Of a stretch of 64,000 nucleotides of DNA, positions 29,988 to 38,809 are shown one piece after another. The notes under the pieces were generated by a model, which saw nothing but the letters and a program-made list of their open reading frames with translations, made no database searches and was not told the DNA's origin. A program made the position numbers and the translations under genes. Source of the DNA: an uncultured delta proteobacterium (GTDB lineage Bacteria; Myxococcota_A; Polyangia; Palsa-1104); contig CAWAWS010000026.1 in NCBI GenBank assembly GCA_963785725.1, positions 128,001-192,000 on the forward strand. Direction: 5' to 3'. How positions within the stretch are numbered: position 1 is the stretch's first letter; every line of letters starts with the position of its first letter.

Positions 29988-30749
29988 TTATCGCGCGAGC
30001 TGTCCGCCGTCGAGGACCAGCACCGAGCCGGTCATGAACGCGGCGGCGTCCGAAGCCAAGTAGACGACGAGCGGCCCGATCTCTTCTGGCTGACCGACGC
30101 GGCGCAGCGGGATGTGCGCGACGATCTTGGGCCCGATCTTGATGTCGTCGAGGGCGCTCTTGTTGAGATCGGTGCGGAAATAGCCGGGTGCGATGGCGTT
30201 GACGGTCACGTTGTAGCGCGCCCATTCGATCGCCAGCGCCTTGGTGAACGAAATGATGGCGCCTTTGGACGCGCAATAAGCGGTCAAATCTGGCTCGCCA
30301 CCGAGGCCGGCGACGGAGCTGATGTTGACGACGGTGCCTTTGCGCTGCGCCACCATGTGCGCGCCGAACGCCCGCGCGCACAAGAAGCTGCCGATGACGT
30401 TGGTGTCGATCACGCGGCGCAGCTCGGCCAACTCCAGGTCGAGCAGCGGCGACACCGAGGCCACGCCCGAGTTGTTGACCAGCGCATCGACGCGGCCGAA
30501 CGTCGCCAGCACCAGCGACGCGGCCTCCTCGACGGAGTCTTCGTTGGCCACGTCGCAGCTGACCGCGAGCGCTTTACGCCCGTGGGTCTCTTCGATCTCG
30601 CGCGCCATCGACTCCAGCGCTTCGACCGAACGCGACAACAACGCCACGTCGGCGCCGGCTTCCGCCAACGCCCAGGCTGCGGCTGCGCCGAGCCCACGCC
30701 CACCGCCGGTTACGACGGCGACTTTCCCTTCCAGCTGATTGCCGGCCAC
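29988..30749 (-). CDS. Short-chain dehydrogenase/reductase (FabG/gluconate dehydrogenase-like)
   Basis: TGGGRGLG, NNSG, YCASK, VNAIAPGYF; GTG start at 30749. Confidence 0.93.
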   Translation of the reverse strand: MAGNQLEGKVAVVTGGGRGLGAAAAWALAEAGADVALLSRSVEALESMAREIEETHGRKALAVSCDVANEDSVEEAASLVLATFGRVDALVNNSGVASVSPLLDLELAELRRVIDTNVIGSFLCARAFGAHMVAQRKGTVVNISSVAGLGGEPDLTAYCASKGAIISFTKALAIEWARYNVTVNAIAPGYFRTDLNKSALDDIKIGPKIVAHIPLRRVGQPEEIGPLVVYLASDAAAFMTGSVLVLDGGQLAR

Positions 30750-30893
30750 GTGTGCGTCATGGTATCGCGCGCGACGACGGGAGAGCAAGAAAACCGAGCG
30801 ATTACCGCGACGGCCGGTTCCTCGCGCGCAGACCGGCGACGCAGGCGACGGGCCGCCGGCGACGAGCGCCGCACGGCCGTCGCGCCCGTGACG

Positions 30894-31055
30894 CTAGATC
30901 ATGCGCCGGTCGGTGCCCACCCCGCGCACGAAATGCAGGACGATGGCGACGAGCGCCAAGATCAGCAGGACGTGAATCGCCGCCGATGTGACGTGGTAGA
31001 CGCCGAAGCCCAGAATCCAGGCCACTCCAAGGATCACCGCGAGCAACAGCAGCAT
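30894..31055 (-). CDS. 53-aa two-TM membrane protein (lmo0937/DUF5670-like)
   Basis: Manual translation MLLLLAVILGVAWILGFGVYHVTSAAIHVLLILALVAIVLHFVRGVGTDRRMI; strong AGGAGG RBS; below the ORF-track cutoff. Confidence 0.85.
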   Translation of the reverse strand: MLLLLAVILGVAWILGFGVYHVTSAAIHVLLILALVAIVLHFVRGVGTDRRMI

Positions 31056-31082
31056 GGGCAAAGCCTCCTATCGAGGAGTCAA

Positions 31083-31098
31083 TGCACGACGCCGGCCA
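31083..31098 (-). promoter_or_regulatory. Possible sigma54 promoter for the 53-aa protein gene
   Basis: Minus strand TGGCCGgcgtcGTGCA with GG-N10-GC spacing; predicted TSS just upstream of the RBS. Confidence 0.45.
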
Positions 31099-31150
31099 AA
31101 CGCATCGCTCGCGCGGCGAAATGGTGGGAAAAACGCGAGAGTGGCGAGGG

Positions 31151-31663
31151 TTACTCGAGGCCGTGCTTACGCTTGATCTGATCCATCGCGCGCTTGTACT
31201 CGAGCTCCCAGGCCTGCGTGCCTTCCTCGAGGTTCTTGATGCGATTGCGCACCTCGGTGTCGAGCTCTTCCTCGACCGCCATGTGCTTGCGCAGGATCTC
31301 GCGGACCTTCTTGCGCAGGACCGTGTCGTCGGCAAACACCTCGTCGACATGCGCGGAGGCCATGAAGCTCTCGAGGATCTGATTGGCCATCCAAGCCGTC
31401 GCTTCGTCGCCGAGCGCGAACTGCCGCTCCTCGGCCAACGCGCGCTTGAGCTTGCCGAACTGCCCATAAGGCAGATTCTGGCGCTCCATCATATCCTTTG
31501 CCTTGTCCGTCAGCTCGCGATCGAGCCGGACGTATTCTTTCAAGATCGCCTCGATGTCGAGCTGCGCCTCGTGCGCCTCGCCGACCTCGATGTCGCCATC
31601 GCTGACGAGAGTGCGGATGGTCTCTTCCGCGATGCTCCCGATCTTTGCCGTATACAGCTTCAC
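31151..31663 (-). CDS. DUF507 family protein
   Basis: VDEVFADDTVLRK, EEELDTEVRNRIKNLEEGTQAWELEY; GAGGAG RBS; GTG start. Confidence 0.82.
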   Translation of the reverse strand: MKLYTAKIGSIAEETIRTLVSDGDIEVGEAHEAQLDIEAILKEYVRLDRELTDKAKDMMERQNLPYGQFGKLKRALAEERQFALGDEATAWMANQILESFMASAHVDEVFADDTVLRKKVREILRKHMAVEEELDTEVRNRIKNLEEGTQAWELEYKRAMDQIKRKHGLE

Positions 31664-31726
31664 GTTCGTCTCCTCGACGGCGAACCATAGGCCGCAAGGT
31701 TGGTGACGTCAAGGTAAGATGGGGCT

Positions 31727-32143
31727 GTGAATGAGCTTTTGAGCGGACAAAATCGCACTCGTAAGCTGGTGGTCGCCGCGCTCGTGCGTGACGACGCCGG
31801 TCGCATCCTCTTGACGCAGCGGCGCCACGATCAGCCGATGCCGCTCAAGTGGGAATTTCCCGGCGGCAAGGTCGAGCCGGGCGAGGCGCCGGTGGCGGCG
31901 TTGGCGCGCGAAATCGAGGAGGAGCTCGGTTGCCAAGCCGAGATCGGTCGCATCGACGAGGTGGTCTTCCACGCCTACGCCGACTTCGATCTATATATGC
32001 TCGTCTACCGCTGCCGCTTATTGGGCGCTGCGCGCGCCGTCGAGGTCGCGCAGGTCCATTGGGTCGAGCGCGACCGCCTCTTGACCTACGACGTCCTGCC
32101 CGCCGACGTCGCGCTCGTCGAGCGGCTCGCCCGCGACGGCTGA
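31727..32143 (+). CDS. NUDIX hydrolase, MutT/NudG-like
   Basis: Nudix box WEFPGGKVEPGEAPVAALAREIEEELG; C-terminal LPAD. Confidence 0.92.
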   Translation: MNELLSGQNRTRKLVVAALVRDDAGRILLTQRRHDQPMPLKWEFPGGKVEPGEAPVAALAREIEEELGCQAEIGRIDEVVFHAYADFDLYMLVYRCRLLGAARAVEVAQVHWVERDRLLTYDVLPADVALVERLARDG

Positions 32144-32212
32144 AGCCGCGAAAGCCGCGGCAACGGCTCGACAGGGCTGACGAAATGGGGCGCCGTCGGC
32201 TACCATATTCGC

Positions 32213-34378
32213 GTGCACGCCCTCGCCGACCAGGTCCTGCTCGGCCCACGCTCGCTGCCGCCTTTGCTCGGCGGCTGCGTCGGCATGGCGTTGGCGCTCT
32301 TTTTGGCCATCAAGCCGGGCGAGTCGCGCAAGCGGACGTGGTTCGCCATCATCGCCTTTTGCTCGACGATCTGGTCCTGGGCGGCGGCGCTGTCGCTCGG
32401 CGCCTTGTCGCCCGAGCTCGGCTCGTGGCTGACGCGCGTGTCGTACGCGGCGATCGCGCTGGCCGGGCCGTGCGCGCTCAGCTTCGGCGCCGAGCTGGCG
32501 CGCGCGCCGACGAAGTGGCAGCGGCCGGCGCACGCGGTCGCGATCGTGGCCGCGGTCGCGATCTTGTGGCTGCCGGCGCTGACACACGTGCGACCGCGGC
32601 TGGGCGGCGGCTATTGGCCGGCGCCGTCGTGGTCACTCCTGCTGGCGGCGCTGGCGTCGGGACCGCCGCTCGTCGGCGGCATGCACCTCGTGCGGCGCGC
32701 GTGGCGACGCCTGCCGCCTTGCCGGCACCGGCGGCAGCTGGCGTGGGCGTGGGCGGCGCTGCTGCTCGGCGCGCTCGGCGTCTTCGATCTGCAGACGGTG
32801 CTGACCGGCTTCTATCCCACGGCCTGGCTGACCAGCATGCTCTCGTCGGTGACGCTGTTCTACGCCATCGCCCAGCATCGGCTCATGGCGACGCGCACGT
32901 TCATTCGTCAGGCGCTCATCGGCACCGTCGGGCTGTGCGCGGGCGCGCTCGTCGTCGTGGCGCTGGTGTCGTGGGCGCCGCGGCTGTTCGCGCAAGGCAG
33001 CGCCGGGCTCTTTTTGACGACGCTGGCGCTGTTCGCCGTCGTGCGGCTGTGGTCGAGCGCGGTCGAGCCGGCGCTGACGTATCTGTTCGGCTGGCGGCGC
33101 CGCCACATCGACCACGCCTTCGTCGAGTTCGAGCGCCGCTCGCTGGAGGCGCGCTCGACGGAGGAGGTCGCGCTGTGCCTGGCCGGCGCGCTGCGCGAAG
33201 CGTTCGACGCGCGCCTCGTGCGCCTCTTGCCGGCCGATCGCGACCGCGCCGACGAGCATCCCAGCATCGGCGTCGCTGAGGACGCGCTGGCCGAGTCGGG
33301 CGCGCCGCTCTTGCGCGATCTCGTCGAGCTCGATGACGCCCGCGCGCCGCGCATGCTCGACGCGCTCGATCGCTTGGGCGCCGACGCGCTCGTGCCGCTC
33401 ATGCGCGACACGCAGCTGCAGGCGATGGTGGCCATCGCCGGCGACGCGCTGTCGCCCGCCGACGACCTCGTCGCCGACGAGCTGCGCCGCATGGGTCAGC
33501 GCGCGGCGCTGGCCTGGGTCAACGCGCGGCTCTACAGCGAGGTCGCGCGCCGCTCGGCCGGCCTCGAGACGCAGGTTCGCCTGCGCACCGCCGAGCTCGA
33601 GCAGGCGCTCGGCGAGCTGCGCACGGCGCACGCGCGGCTCGTCGAGGTCGAGCGCACGTCGTCGCTGGGCCTGCTCGTCGCCGGCATCAGCCACGAGATC
33701 AACAACGCGCTCAACATCATCCACGCCAACTTGCCGACGCTGGCCCGCTACGCGCAGCGCTACGACGAGCTGGCGGGCGACGGCGGCTCCGCCGACCTGC
33801 AGATCGCGCGACAGCTGTGGCCGCGCGCCATCGCCGAGCTCGGCGACTCGGTGCGGCGCACGCGCGCCATCGTCGACAATCTACGCAAGTTCGCGCGGCC
33901 CGACACCGAGCGCCGCCTCGTGCGCGTGCAAGAAGGGCTCGACGCCGCGCTCAACCTCCTGCGCCGCCGCACCGACGGCCGCCTCGACATCGCGCGCGTC
34001 TACGCCGGCACGCCTTCCATCGACGGCTATCCCGGCCAGCTGAACCAGTGCTTCTTCAACCTGCTCTTGAACGCCGTCGAGGCTGCGCGCAGTGAGATCT
34101 GGGTCGTCCTCGGCCCGCGCGACGAATCGGGCGGCGTGTCGCTCATCATCAACGACGACGGCGACGGCGGCGAAGCCGACGACCAAGAGCGGCTCTTCTC
34201 GCCCGTCATGACGGCGCGTGAGCGCGCGAGCAGCCTCGGCCTCACCGTCTCGCGCAGCATCGTGCAGCGCCACGGCGGCACGCTCGAGGTCGCGCGCGCC
34301 GCCGGCGCCGGCGTGACGGTTCGCCTGACCTTACCGCCGAGCGCGCCCGCGCCGGCCGCCCCGAAGGACTCGGCATGA
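32213..34378 (+). CDS. Multi-TM (7TM-type) sensor histidine kinase with intact H-box and degenerate F/G2 boxes
   Basis: Many TM helices, GAF-like region, AGISHEINNAL, QCFFNLLLNAVEA, DDGDG, then LFSPVMTARERASSLGL. Confidence 0.88.
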   Translation: MHALADQVLLGPRSLPPLLGGCVGMALALFLAIKPGESRKRTWFAIIAFCSTIWSWAAALSLGALSPELGSWLTRVSYAAIALAGPCALSFGAELARAPTKWQRPAHAVAIVAAVAILWLPALTHVRPRLGGGYWPAPSWSLLLAALASGPPLVGGMHLVRRAWRRLPPCRHRRQLAWAWAALLLGALGVFDLQTVLTGFYPTAWLTSMLSSVTLFYAIAQHRLMATRTFIRQALIGTVGLCAGALVVVALVSWAPRLFAQGSAGLFLTTLALFAVVRLWSSAVEPALTYLFGWRRRHIDHAFVEFERRSLEARSTEEVALCLAGALREAFDARLVRLLPADRDRADEHPSIGVAEDALAESGAPLLRDLVELDDARAPRMLDALDRLGADALVPLMRDTQLQAMVAIAGDALSPADDLVADELRRMGQRAALAWVNARLYSEVARRSAGLETQVRLRTAELEQALGELRTAHARLVEVERTSSLGLLVAGISHEINNALNIIHANLPTLARYAQRYDELAGDGGSADLQIARQLWPRAIAELGDSVRRTRAIVDNLRKFARPDTERRLVRVQEGLDAALNLLRRRTDGRLDIARVYAGTPSIDGYPGQLNQCFFNLLLNAVEAARSEIWVVLGPRDESGGVSLIINDDGDGGEADDQERLFSPVMTARERASSLGLTVSRSIVQRHGGTLEVARAAGAGVTVRLTLPPSAPAPAAPKDSA

Positions 34379-34454
34379 GCGAGCGTGCGCGTTTGACCGA
34401 AGCCCGTCGGGCTCGCCGATCGACGGTAGGCCCTTTGCCGAACGAAGGGCAGCC

Positions 34455-35282
34455 ATGAGCGGCAAAGTGCTCATTCTCGACGGCGACGCCGCTCGCATCG
34501 GCCGCTTGGCGCAGGCCGTCACGCAAGCCGGCGGCGAGCCGCTCGAAGTGACCTCGACGGCGGCCGCCTTGCGCGTCGCCGCCGCCGCCGATTTGGCGTT
34601 GCTCGCCGGCAGCGAAGGCTTGGCCGCGCTGGCCGCGCTGTCGGCGTCGCATCCGTCGCTGCCGCGCATCAGCGTCATCGGCAACGCCACCGGGCCCGAG
34701 CTCGAGCGCCTGACCAGCACGATCCGCGTCGCGCTCTTGGCCAAGCGGCCGTCGGTGCGCGACTTCGAGACGCTGATTCGCGATCGCCGCACCGGCGCCT
34801 TCGGCTACCACTATTTCCGCGTGCGCCTCGCCGACGAGCTCGATCGCGCCGGCCGCTACGCGCGCGCCTTGTCGCTCATGTTCGTCGACGTCGATGATCT
34901 GCGCGGCCTCAACGATCGTCTCGGTCGTCCGGCCGGCGACTTCGCGCTCATGCAGGTCGCGCAGGCGCTGACCGCCGGCGCGCGCTCGGTCGACTGCGTC
35001 GGTCGCTGGGCGGGCGGCGGCTTCGCGGTGCTGTTGCCGGAGACGGCCGTCGGCGCCGCCTACGGCTTGGCCGAGCGGCTGCGCGCCGACCTGGCCGCGC
35101 GGCGACTGCCGGCGCCGCCCGCGCTCGTGCCGCAAGGTCGCCAGCTGCGCGTCACCGTCAGCTGCGGCGTGGCCTCGCTGTACAAAGACGGCACGGCGCG
35201 CCCGCAAACGCTCGTCGCCCGCGCCGACCACGCGTTGTGGCGCGCCAAGCTGAGCGGCCGCAACCGCTCGGTCGTCGACTAA
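34455..35282 (+). CDS. Pseudo-receiver plus degenerate GGDEF domain protein
   Basis: LMFVDVDDLRGLNDRLGRPAGD, RSVDCVGRWAGGGF, ADHALWRAKLSGRN. Confidence 0.88.
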   Translation: MSGKVLILDGDAARIGRLAQAVTQAGGEPLEVTSTAAALRVAAAADLALLAGSEGLAALAALSASHPSLPRISVIGNATGPELERLTSTIRVALLAKRPSVRDFETLIRDRRTGAFGYHYFRVRLADELDRAGRYARALSLMFVDVDDLRGLNDRLGRPAGDFALMQVAQALTAGARSVDCVGRWAGGGFAVLLPETAVGAAYGLAERLRADLAARRLPAPPALVPQGRQLRVTVSCGVASLYKDGTARPQTLVARADHALWRAKLSGRNRSVVD

Positions 35283-35288
35283 CGGCGC

Positions 35289-37490
35289 ATGATCAGGCTG
35301 TATCCGACCGGCTGGCTCGCGCTCTATTGGCTGTCCGCCGCCGTCGGTGCGCTGTTGACCGTGCTGCTACGCCAGCGCGGCCACGGGCTGTTACGCCGGC
35401 GCGTCACGCTCATCCTCGCCAACGTCAGCGTCGTCCTCTTCAGCAACGGCCTCATCCTCGGCGCCACCAACGCCCTGACGGCGACGTGGGCCGTCCGCTT
35501 CTCGCAGTTCTTCGTCTGCTGGCTGCCCTTTACCGGCGTGCGCTTCGTGACGGCGTTGGCCAATCGCCGCATGGTCGTGCTCGAGCGCGCCACGCTCATC
35601 GCCGCGCCCTTGACCGCGCTCTTGTCGCTGGCCACGCCGTGGGTCATCGCCGACGCGCGGCCCTATCCGTACGGCTTTGCGGGCGTGGCCGGGCCGCTCT
35701 ATCCCTTGGCGCTCGGCGAGATGATGCTGATGGTGGCGATGCCGCTCGTCGTCTTCGGCGCCTACTTGGACGAGCGGCGACCGCTGGAAAAGCGGCAGCT
35801 CGCCAACATCGCCGTCGCCTGCGCGTCGGGCATGATCGCGTTCGTCGACATTCTGCCGGTGCTCGGCTTCGACGTGCCGCCGATCGGCTGGATACCGCTC
35901 GACTTCGCCGCCTTCGGCCTCATCACCGCCATCATTCGCTACCGCTTCCTCGACATTCGCATGGCCTCGCGGCGGCTGTTGTGGTGGACGGCGACGACGC
36001 TCGCCGGCGCGCTCGTCTTCGCCGTGCCGCTCGGCCCGCTGGCGCCACATCTGACGCGCCATCGGCTCGCGCTCGGCATCTTCGCGGCGCTCCTCCTCTT
36101 GCTCATGCGCGTCTGGGTGGGCACGGCGCAGGCGCGCATCGATCGGCTCGTCGGTCGCCGGCGCCGCGACCTCGACGCCGAGATGGCGCACCTGTCCGAC
36201 GCCGTCGCCGCGCTGCAGACGACCGAAGCGCTCGGCCGCGCCATCGACCGCTTCTTGGTGGCGATCGATCGTCGCTTGGCCGCGCTCGTCGTGCTCGAGC
36301 CGTCGGGCAAGGCGCGCGTCGCCTTGTCGGCGTGGGGCTCGGTGCCGGCGCCGTCGCGGCAGAGCCCGCTGTACGCCGAGCTGCGCGCGCTCGGTCCGCT
36401 CGTGTGGCGCGATCAGGTGCGCGGCAGCAAAGTCGAGGTCGAGCGCGCCTGCGTCCGCTGGGGTGCGGAGTACCTGGCGCCACTCGTCGATGGCGAGGAG
36501 CTGTTGGCCATCGTCGCGGTGGCGCCCAAAGCCGGCGGCGGTCTCGCCGACGTGCTCGAGCTGGAGGCGCTCGAGCGCATGTGCGTGACGGTGACGGCGG
36601 CGCTGGCGTCGGCGCGGCTCTACGAACGCTTGCGCGCGCTGCACCACGAGCTCGAGGCGAAGGCCGAGGCGCGCCAGGTCTCGCTGGCGACCGCGCTGCG
36701 CGACCTGCGCGGCGCCGAGCAGCGGCTCGTGCAGTCGGAGAAGATGGCGTCGCTCGGCCAGATCGTCGGCGGCGTCGCGGCCGATCTCGTCGACGAAGTG
36801 CGCGGCGTGCACGACCGCGTCGCGCAGCTGCGCAGCCACGCCGAGGAGGTCGCGACGGCCGTGCACGCGCGCCTCGACGCCGCGCCCGAGCTCGCCGACG
36901 AAGCGGTGCGCGACATGGCGCGCGATCTCGGCCCGCTGCTCGACGCCGTCGGCGAAGGCGGCCGCCGCGCGCTCGCCATCGCCCAAGATTTGTCGCGCTT
37001 CGCGCCCAGCGCCGATGAAGAGGCCGAAGGTCCGCGTCGCGCGCCCGCGCGTCTCCAAGATCTATGCGACGGCACGCTCAAGCTGTGCGCCGGCCACTTG
37101 GCGGGCGTCGACGTAGTTCGCCGCTACGACGCCGACCTGCCGCCGGTGCTGGTGGAATCGGGCCCACTGGGACAAGTCGTGCTCAACCTCGTCCTCAACG
37201 CGACGCAGGCCATGAAAGGCGTCGGCACCTTGACCATCGCCACCGCGCGCTGCGAGTGGGACGGCCGCGCCGGCGCCGAGCTCATCGTGCACGACACCGG
37301 CCCCGGCATCGCGCCCGAGATCTTGCCGCGCATCTTCGAGCCCTTCTTCTCGACCAAGGGTCAAACCCTGGGCACGGGCCTCGGCTTGAGCGTCAGCTAC
37401 GGCATCGTCGAACGCCACGGCGGCCGCATTCATGTCGAGTCCAAACCGGGTGCCGGATCGACCTTCCGCGTACAACTACCGATAGGCTAA
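35289..37490 (+). CDS. Multi-TM (7TM-type) histidine kinase-like protein lacking the phosphoacceptor His, intact HATPase
   Basis: QSEKMASLGQIVGGVAADLVDEV (His replaced by Ala); QVVLNLVLNATQAM, DTGPGI, FEPFFSTK, GTGLGL. Confidence 0.88.
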   Translation: MIRLYPTGWLALYWLSAAVGALLTVLLRQRGHGLLRRRVTLILANVSVVLFSNGLILGATNALTATWAVRFSQFFVCWLPFTGVRFVTALANRRMVVLERATLIAAPLTALLSLATPWVIADARPYPYGFAGVAGPLYPLALGEMMLMVAMPLVVFGAYLDERRPLEKRQLANIAVACASGMIAFVDILPVLGFDVPPIGWIPLDFAAFGLITAIIRYRFLDIRMASRRLLWWTATTLAGALVFAVPLGPLAPHLTRHRLALGIFAALLLLLMRVWVGTAQARIDRLVGRRRRDLDAEMAHLSDAVAALQTTEALGRAIDRFLVAIDRRLAALVVLEPSGKARVALSAWGSVPAPSRQSPLYAELRALGPLVWRDQVRGSKVEVERACVRWGAEYLAPLVDGEELLAIVAVAPKAGGGLADVLELEALERMCVTVTAALASARLYERLRALHHELEAKAEARQVSLATALRDLRGAEQRLVQSEKMASLGQIVGGVAADLVDEVRGVHDRVAQLRSHAEEVATAVHARLDAAPELADEAVRDMARDLGPLLDAVGEGGRRALAIAQDLSRFAPSADEEAEGPRRAPARLQDLCDGTLKLCAGHLAGVDVVRRYDADLPPVLVESGPLGQVVLNLVLNATQAMKGVGTLTIATARCEWDGRAGAELIVHDTGPGIAPEILPRIFEPFFSTKGQTLGTGLGLSVSYGIVERHGGRIHVESKPGAGSTFRVQLPIG

Positions 37491-37632
37491 GTACAAATAC
37501 AGAACCGCAAACTGGCACTGCAACTGACGTTTCCCGCTGGGGTGAGGAGTCTCCCCCCCAAGTGGAGTCCACTTCGGGTTTACTGGGGTCTACTGTTTCC
37601 CGCAATTCACGGACTTCGGAACGAAACGGTCG

Positions 37633-37648
37633 TGGCGCGCAACTTGAA
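37633..37648 (+). promoter_or_regulatory. Possible sigma54 promoter (TTGA variant at -12) for the cupredoxin gene
   Basis: TGGCGCgcaacTTGAA; GG-N10-GA; about 50 bp upstream of the start codon. Confidence 0.5.
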
Positions 37649-37696
37649 AATGCGCTGTCACGTCTTCGTTCAAAAGTGACCTCCAAAGGAGCCGTG

Positions 37697-38593
37697 ATGC
37701 GTCGCAGCCCATATATGCTTTCTGTCGCGTTTGCCGCCACGTTGGTGAGCGGTTGCCTCGGCTCGGTGGGAACGCCTGAGCCGCAAACTCAGACCCCGAC
37801 GACCGGCAACGGCGCCAGCGCCGGTGGCGGCGGCAGCGCCGCGGCTGGTAGCGGCGGCAGCGCCGGCGGTGGCGGCACCGTCGCCGCGGCTGGCGGCGGC
37901 GGCTCGTCGTCCGCGGGCGGTGGCGGCACCGTCGAAGCGCCGCCGCCGGATGCCGGTCCGCCGGCGCTCACCGGCGCCATCGCCATCGCGCTCGACAAGA
38001 CGACGGATACCATCCGTCTCAACGAGAGCCACTCGTACACGGCCACGATCACGCCGTCGAACGGCTTCTCCGGCAGCGTCACGCTCGCGCTCGACAACCC
38101 GCCCGCGGGTGTGTCGGCGACCTTCGATCCGGCCGCCATCATGGTCTCGGCTACGCCGGCCACTGTCGCCGTGACCATCAGCGTCGCCTCCGACATGGCG
38201 ACCCCGGCCGCCTCGGTGCCGCTCTCGATCAAGGGCGTCTCGGGCGAGATTACGGCGGCCGCCGCGCTCGGCGTCATGATTCCCGCCGAGCTCTACGTGC
38301 AGATTCCGAAGGGCGTCAACATCGGCACCGCGGCCGCGCCCAACATGACCGCCTTCGGCAAGTACGGCATGCCCGTCATCCAAGTCGCCGCCGGCACCAA
38401 GGTCACTTGGGTCAACGGCGACACCATCAACCACGAGATCCACTCGGGCGGCGGCCAGGGCATCGCGCACGAGCCCGGTCCGCTGCTCGCCAACGGCGGC
38501 AACGCGTACTCGCAGACCTTCTCGGCCAAGGGCACCTTCACCTATCGCTGCCACATCCATCCGAACATGGAGGGACAGATCATCGTCCAGTAG
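37697..38593 (+). CDS. Lipoprotein with Gly-rich linker, Ig-like domain and C-terminal cupredoxin (type 1 copper) domain
   Basis: AAGGAG RBS; lipobox VSGC; GTKVTWVN...HEIHS...GTFTYRCHIHPNMEG (His, Cys, His, Met ligands). Confidence 0.88.
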   Translation: MRRSPYMLSVAFAATLVSGCLGSVGTPEPQTQTPTTGNGASAGGGGSAAAGSGGSAGGGGTVAAAGGGGSSSAGGGGTVEAPPPDAGPPALTGAIAIALDKTTDTIRLNESHSYTATITPSNGFSGSVTLALDNPPAGVSATFDPAAIMVSATPATVAVTISVASDMATPAASVPLSIKGVSGEITAAAALGVMIPAELYVQIPKGVNIGTAAAPNMTAFGKYGMPVIQVAAGTKVTWVNGDTINHEIHSGGGQGIAHEPGPLLANGGNAYSQTFSAKGTFTYRCHIHPNMEGQIIVQ

Positions 38594-38622
38594 TCGCACC
38601 ACCCAGCATCGACGTCCGGGTA

Positions 38623-38677
38623 CGGGCTCGCGAGCAACCATCTGGACCATGGGCGCTCGCGAGCCCGGTCTTTTTTT
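38623..38677 (+). terminator. Intrinsic terminator after the cupredoxin gene
   Basis: 13-bp stem CGGGCTCGCGAGC/GCTCGCGAGCCCG followed after 3 nt by T7. Confidence 0.8.
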
Positions 38678-38809
38678 CGGCCTTCCCGTCGGCTCCTCCT
38701 TCAACCTCACCGCTGTCGAGCTTTCGCCAACCTGATTGGCGGTGGCTGCCAAATCTCCACAAATTCCCTCAGCCTGGCGTTTCTCCCCATCCGCGCGTAG
38801 CCTTATCGG

